This document shows positions 7,164 through 10,891 of a stretch of 10,891 nt of DNA, piece after piece. The stretch is taken from contig JBDKFG010000103.1 of the NCBI GenBank assembly GCA_039798785.1, positions 1-10,891 on the forward strand, in the 5' to 3' direction. A program made the translations under genes and the position numbers. Position 1 is the stretch's first letter; the number at the start of each line of letters is the position of its first letter. The stretch is from Verrucomicrobiota bacterium (GTDB taxonomy: Bacteria > Verrucomicrobiota > Lentisphaeria > Lentisphaerales > Lentisphaeraceae). The notes beneath the pieces are model-generated. The model did no database searches. It was given only the letters and a program-made list of their open reading frames with translations, and had not been told where the DNA came from.

Positions 7164-8957
7164 TCAGGGTTGTGCTTCGATCAGCTTGCGGGCTGCGGGC
7201 TGCGACTTCAGGAGGCTGTCCCGCTCTTCCTGGAAAATGGTCTCGAAGGGGGGCAGGGGACGGCGCTTCTTGAATCCGCCGCTTCCTGTCTGCTTGCTGT
7301 AGTTGAGATGTATGTCGAGGGCTTGCTTCTGATACGCGGCCCCGCGTTTGCCTTCGCCGAGGAGGCGCCAATACAGGCTTTGGCGAATGACGCCGCGGAT
7401 GTTCATCATCACCTGGGCCTCGTCCATGCTGTTCAGGTTGTCGTTGGCCTCCTTGGTGGCGAAGCTTTCGACATCGACCAGGTATTCGGGATTGCCAGGA
7501 TTGAGCCGGCGCAGTTCCTGCAGGCAGGATTCGGCTTTGTCCTTGCGGCCTTCGAGGAAGAAGGCGGCCAGGGACTCGCGGTAGAAATTGCTCAGGCCGG
7601 TGAGGAAGGTCTGGCCCTGGGTTTCGTCATAGTCCTTGGCGCTGTCCTCGAGATGGCGGCGGCAGGAGTCGAAGACGGCAAGGTTCGGCGCCCAGTCGTA
7701 GAGCTCCATCGTCTCGCTGTTGTAGGAAACCACGCGTCCGGCGCGGAAAGAGGCCATCAGGCCATGGCCGACGAGGCGCGTCAGCTGCACGTCAGGCTGA
7801 GCCGGATCGCCGCGTCGCAGGCCGGCTTCGCCCCAGTAGATGCCGTGGGTGTCGGAGTTGCGCCAGTCGAGGATGCCGTATTTGCGGTCGATGTCGGCGC
7901 AGAGCGCCGGGTCGAGGCGGTAGACCTGCTTCATCCAGCGGAGACGAAGGAAGCGGTCGCAATAGGTGTTGACGACCAGGGCTCGGCTCGGACCGATCTG
8001 GGAGTTGAGGAGCTGGACGAAGTCGCGTGGCAGCTGGCCGTTGCGCCGGAATTCATCTTCCCATGCCTGCCAGCCGGTCTCCTGACGAGGCATGGACTGG
8101 AGTGCCTTGAGGAGGTCGAGTTCGGGACTGAGAAGCTGCTGCAGGGTATCGAAAGCGAGTGGGGCCTTGAGGCCGCGGTCGATGAAGTCGCGGGTGATCT
8201 CCAGCCAGCGGGGGTCTTTGATCAGGCGTTTCACCGCCTCGGGAAGATCCTCGCCTTTGCGGCGCGCCTCGACCAGTGCCGACCATTCGAGATGGGAAGC
8301 TTTCAAGACCAGGTCGAGACCGCCGAGGTTCTCCTTGCGCAGGCGAGCGTCGAGAAGGCCGGAGCTGAGGGGCAGATCGATGAATGACTCCCAGTCCGGC
8401 GTGCCTCCGCCGAGAAGCGCTTGCATCTCGCGAGACCATTCGGTTTTGTAGTAGCGGTTGGCGTCGTCGAGGTTCTGCCCCATCTTGTGCTGGAAAGTCC
8501 AGCCGAGTTGGTGGTAGAGCTTGGCATCGTCCGGGTTCCAAAGCAAGGTCTCGTCGCGGAGGATCGAGATGCCGCGACGGACCCAGAACCAGCGTTCCTT
8601 GGGGGAGGGAAGGGCGACGGAAATGTTGTAGGCCATGTTCCAGGAGAGGTAGCTGGCGGCAGCTGAGCAGCGGGGTTGCAGCCGTACCGCCCAGAGTCCC
8701 AGTTCATACGATTCGTGGTAGCGCTGTTCGTCTTGCATCCGTATGCTGCGCAACCAGAGCCAGTTGGCGGCGAGGCCGCGGAAGGCCCCGAGGGTCGCCG
8801 AGGCCGCCATCACTTCCGAAGAGGCTACCTGCTGCGGCGTCTCGTCGATCAGCTTGGCGGCGGTGGCGCTGCGGTCGAGCGCACCCTGCTGCCAGGAGGC
8901 GACGGCGAACATCCCGATCGCCCCGAGGGCCAGGAAACTGCTTCTTGCGACACTCAT
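7164..8957 (-). CDS. Large membrane-anchored alpha-helical (TPR-like) hypothetical protein coupled to ABC permease
   Basis: N-terminal hydrophobic anchor; block LGAFRGLAANWLWLR...LQP...WNMAYNISV...ERWFWVRRGI...NP...LYHQLGW...HKMG. ATGA overlap with the permease stop at 8954-8957. Confidence 0.87.
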   Translation of the reverse strand: MSVARSSFLALGAIGMFAVASWQQGALDRSATAAKLIDETPQQVASSEVMAASATLGAFRGLAANWLWLRSIRMQDEQRYHESYELGLWAVRLQPRCSAAASYLSWNMAYNISVALPSPKERWFWVRRGISILRDETLLWNPDDAKLYHQLGWTFQHKMGQNLDDANRYYKTEWSREMQALLGGGTPDWESFIDLPLSSGLLDARLRKENLGGLDLVLKASHLEWSALVEARRKGEDLPEAVKRLIKDPRWLEITRDFIDRGLKAPLAFDTLQQLLSPELDLLKALQSMPRQETGWQAWEDEFRRNGQLPRDFVQLLNSQIGPSRALVVNTYCDRFLRLRWMKQVYRLDPALCADIDRKYGILDWRNSDTHGIYWGEAGLRRGDPAQPDVQLTRLVGHGLMASFRAGRVVSYNSETMELYDWAPNLAVFDSCRRHLEDSAKDYDETQGQTFLTGLSNFYRESLAAFFLEGRKDKAESCLQELRRLNPGNPEYLVDVESFATKEANDNLNSMDEAQVMMNIRGVIRQSLYWRLLGEGKRGAAYQKQALDIHLNYSKQTGSGGFKKRRPLPPFETIFQEERDSLLKSQPAARKLIEAQP

Positions 8958-10471
8958 CGACGAGCCTCCTTGCCGAATTCCCGGCGTTCCAGCGCCAGGC
9001 GCCCCGCCAGATAAAGCAGGCCGCCCTTGATCAGGATGCCATAAACAAGGATGGGCAGCAGCTCGGCGCTGCCCAGTGCCTGCCCTCTGGCCAGAAGCGA
9101 CGACAGGTCAAATTCGGCATGAGTGGCGGTCACCAGGCGCAAAGCCTGATAGTTCAGTCCTTCTTCGGGATTGGCGACCGCCCCGAGAACTTGGCTGAGG
9201 AAGAGATAGGCGCCCGACATGAAGAGGGCGACGGGCGTGCTGAAGCAGAGGCCGAAGCTGCAGCCGGCCGCGGCCAGGATGGCGAGGAAGCCGCAGATCG
9301 CCAGGCTCATCAAGATGAAGTTCCCGCCAAAACTCCGGCCCTCGCCGAGGATGAATGGACCGTCTCCAAGCTGCACCAGGAAACTGCCCGATTCCGCCAC
9401 ATTGTGGATCCGTATTCGCACCTTGCCGTCCGCACCCCGGCACTTGGGATTGAGTCCGAACCGCATGATGTCGCCACCGTTGCCGACCCAGGGCACGACG
9501 CTGGTGTCGGCGCCGCTTTCCGGGTCGATGACCGATACGCCGACATAGAGCCTTTCGCCGCTGAGAGAGGACGGCCAGAACTTGGCGCGGACGAACATCT
9601 CGCCTTCTTTCGTCGCCGGCACCCCCTCCGCCGTGAACACGACCGACTTCCCGTGCTCGACGCTGCGAGTCAGCTGCGCAGCCGACTTCAAGGCTTCGGC
9701 GCGTATGTCTTCGGGCTGGCTGCCGGGACGCTCACGCAGCAGCCTCTCGATCTCTCTTTTTTCGATTTCAGCGGCCGCAGGCGGGGTGGCCGGCACGAAG
9801 CTGCGCGCCTGGTAGACCGTGCTTTCCATCACCAGCACCTGGTCGATCTGGGCCGTGGCCTCGCGTAGGCGGGTCAGCCAGGATTCGTCGTGACCTGCGC
9901 TTGGCGGCGTGGCTTTGAGGAATTCGCGCCATGCCTCGGGGGTGGCGAAAAACTGCGGCAGGGCCCGGCTGAGAGCCATCAGCAGCTCCTTGCCCTCCAG
10001 ACTCAATTGCCCGGCCTTGTCGAGCTCTTCGGCCTCCCGGATCACGCCTGCTGCCTGGATCAAGGCCTTCTGCTTGAGATCTTGACGGTCTTGTTCGAGC
10101 CGCCACCAGGTGCAAGCCGCCGCCGGCAGGAAGAGGGCGAATGAGACGAGACTGGCTCCCAGGAAACGGCCCGCCCAATAGGAGCTGGCGCCTACCGGCT
10201 TGACATAGAGGAGGTGAAACTGCTGACCGTCGACTTCACGGGCGATGCTCAGGGTGCCGATCCATAAGGCAGCCAGTGAAGCCACCAAGGTGCTGAAGCC
10301 GATCGACCATTCCAGCCGCACCTTCAAAGCGCCCGAGGCACTGCCGTCGCCGATTCCCTCCGAGGGCAGGAAGAACATCGCCACAGCCAAAACCAGGGCA
10401 AGGACGAGAAGCAGCCGGGAGCGAGCCGCTTCCCGGCAGGTCTGAAGGGTCAAGGCAAGCACAGGCTTCAT
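8954..10471 (-). CDS. ABC-2-type transporter permease with large soluble insertion
   Basis: Start ATG 10471 (MKPVLALTLQTCREAARSR). IAREVDGQQFHLLYVKPV...YWAGRFLG matches the ABC-2 permease signature. N- and C-terminal TM clusters; ends ALERREFG. Confidence 0.87.
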   Translation of the reverse strand: MKPVLALTLQTCREAARSRLLLVLALVLAVAMFFLPSEGIGDGSASGALKVRLEWSIGFSTLVASLAALWIGTLSIAREVDGQQFHLLYVKPVGASSYWAGRFLGASLVSFALFLPAAACTWWRLEQDRQDLKQKALIQAAGVIREAEELDKAGQLSLEGKELLMALSRALPQFFATPEAWREFLKATPPSAGHDESWLTRLREATAQIDQVLVMESTVYQARSFVPATPPAAAEIEKREIERLLRERPGSQPEDIRAEALKSAAQLTRSVEHGKSVVFTAEGVPATKEGEMFVRAKFWPSSLSGERLYVGVSVIDPESGADTSVVPWVGNGGDIMRFGLNPKCRGADGKVRIRIHNVAESGSFLVQLGDGPFILGEGRSFGGNFILMSLAICGFLAILAAAGCSFGLCFSTPVALFMSGAYLFLSQVLGAVANPEEGLNYQALRLVTATHAEFDLSSLLARGQALGSAELLPILVYGILIKGGLLYLAGRLALERREFGKEARR

Positions 10472-10613
10472 GCGACTTTCCCGGAATTTGCATGTCGATG
10501 AAATACATGGGATCGGCGAAAGCGCAAAGCCGAAGCTCGCGATTGAGTTGGGATGTAGCTCAGATAGCAAGTCCCCTTGCTGCTTACAGGCGAGTCCTTG
10601 TTCGATCAATCAA

Positions 10614-10796
10614 TCAGCTTTTGCCTTGCAAGAGTTTCGGATCGATCAGGAGCCGGATGGAGCGGGCGGCGCCGGGTGTCCGTTCGATATAGCCAAGTTC
10701 TTCCAACTTGATGATCATGTTGTGCGTCGAGGGAGCGGTGACCCGCATGCGATAGACGATTTCGCTCTCCGACTGCGGTGGCCCGTTGCGCTCGTT
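10614..10796 (-). pseudogene. 5'-truncated LexA-N/MarR-like winged-HTH transcriptional regulator
   Basis: Manual translation: NERNGPPQSESEIVYRMRVTAPSTHNMIIKLEELGYIERTPGAARSIRLLIDPKLLQGKS*. There is an in-frame TGA at 10808-10806 and no start before the internal ATG 10748. The first helix is missing. Confidence 0.78.
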
Positions 10797-10891
10797 ACGT
10801 CGAGCTCAACCCCTTGCGCGCCCAGCTCGAGGAAAAGGTGGGCGCCGCCGGCCGCAACTCCTGGCACGACTTCGAGAAGTCTTGCGACAAG
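10775..10891 (+). mobile_element. Fragment of REP-associated tyrosine transposase (RAYT, Y1_Tnp family), 5'-truncated, runs off window
   Basis: Manual translation: AVARCARYVELNPLRAQLEEKVGAAGRNSWHDFEKSCDK. RYVELNPLRA matches the RAYT catalytic-Tyr motif Y(I/V)xxNP(V/L)RA. The frame is closed upstream by TGA 10739-10741, so no HUH motif is present. Confidence 0.75.

Noticed and set aside
7170..9868. Long + strand ORFs 7170-8387 and 8384-9868
   Set aside because: Antisense shadows of well-supported - strand genes, expected at high GC, with no motifs.
10472..10609. N-terminal extension of the permease ORF (also the extensions at 1125, 2532, 3316 and 3978)
   Set aside because: Family-typical N-termini, SD-like sites or ATGA overlaps point to downstream starts (10471, 1152, 2595, 3469, 4041).

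Overview
GC-rich bacterial window; the gene families suggest a PVC-superphylum organism (inference). It opens with the 3' end of a group II intron (IEP C-terminus, domains V and VI, ending at 91). Directly downstream are an imperfect ~93-bp inverted repeat and a 4x8-bp tandem repeat. A + strand run follows: zinc-ribbon/DUF4190-like membrane protein, 4-TM protein, parvulin/PrsA-like foldase, small hypothetical, Tat-lipoprotein with a complete superoxide-reductase His4Cys ligand set, small membrane Zn-finger protein, rsmD, a coupled hypothetical, and a secreted purple-acid-phosphatase-type metallophosphoesterase. A - strand unit converges on it: ABC-2-type permease, large helical membrane-anchored protein, NUDIX hydrolase. 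The right end, missed by the ORF track, has two back-to-back 5'-truncated gene fragments: a LexA/MarR-like winged-HTH regulator (-) and a REP-associated tyrosine transposase (+). No clearly new multi-gene system is demonstrable. The best leads are the intron target hairpin, the lipid-anchored SOR-like protein and the permease/helical-protein pair.
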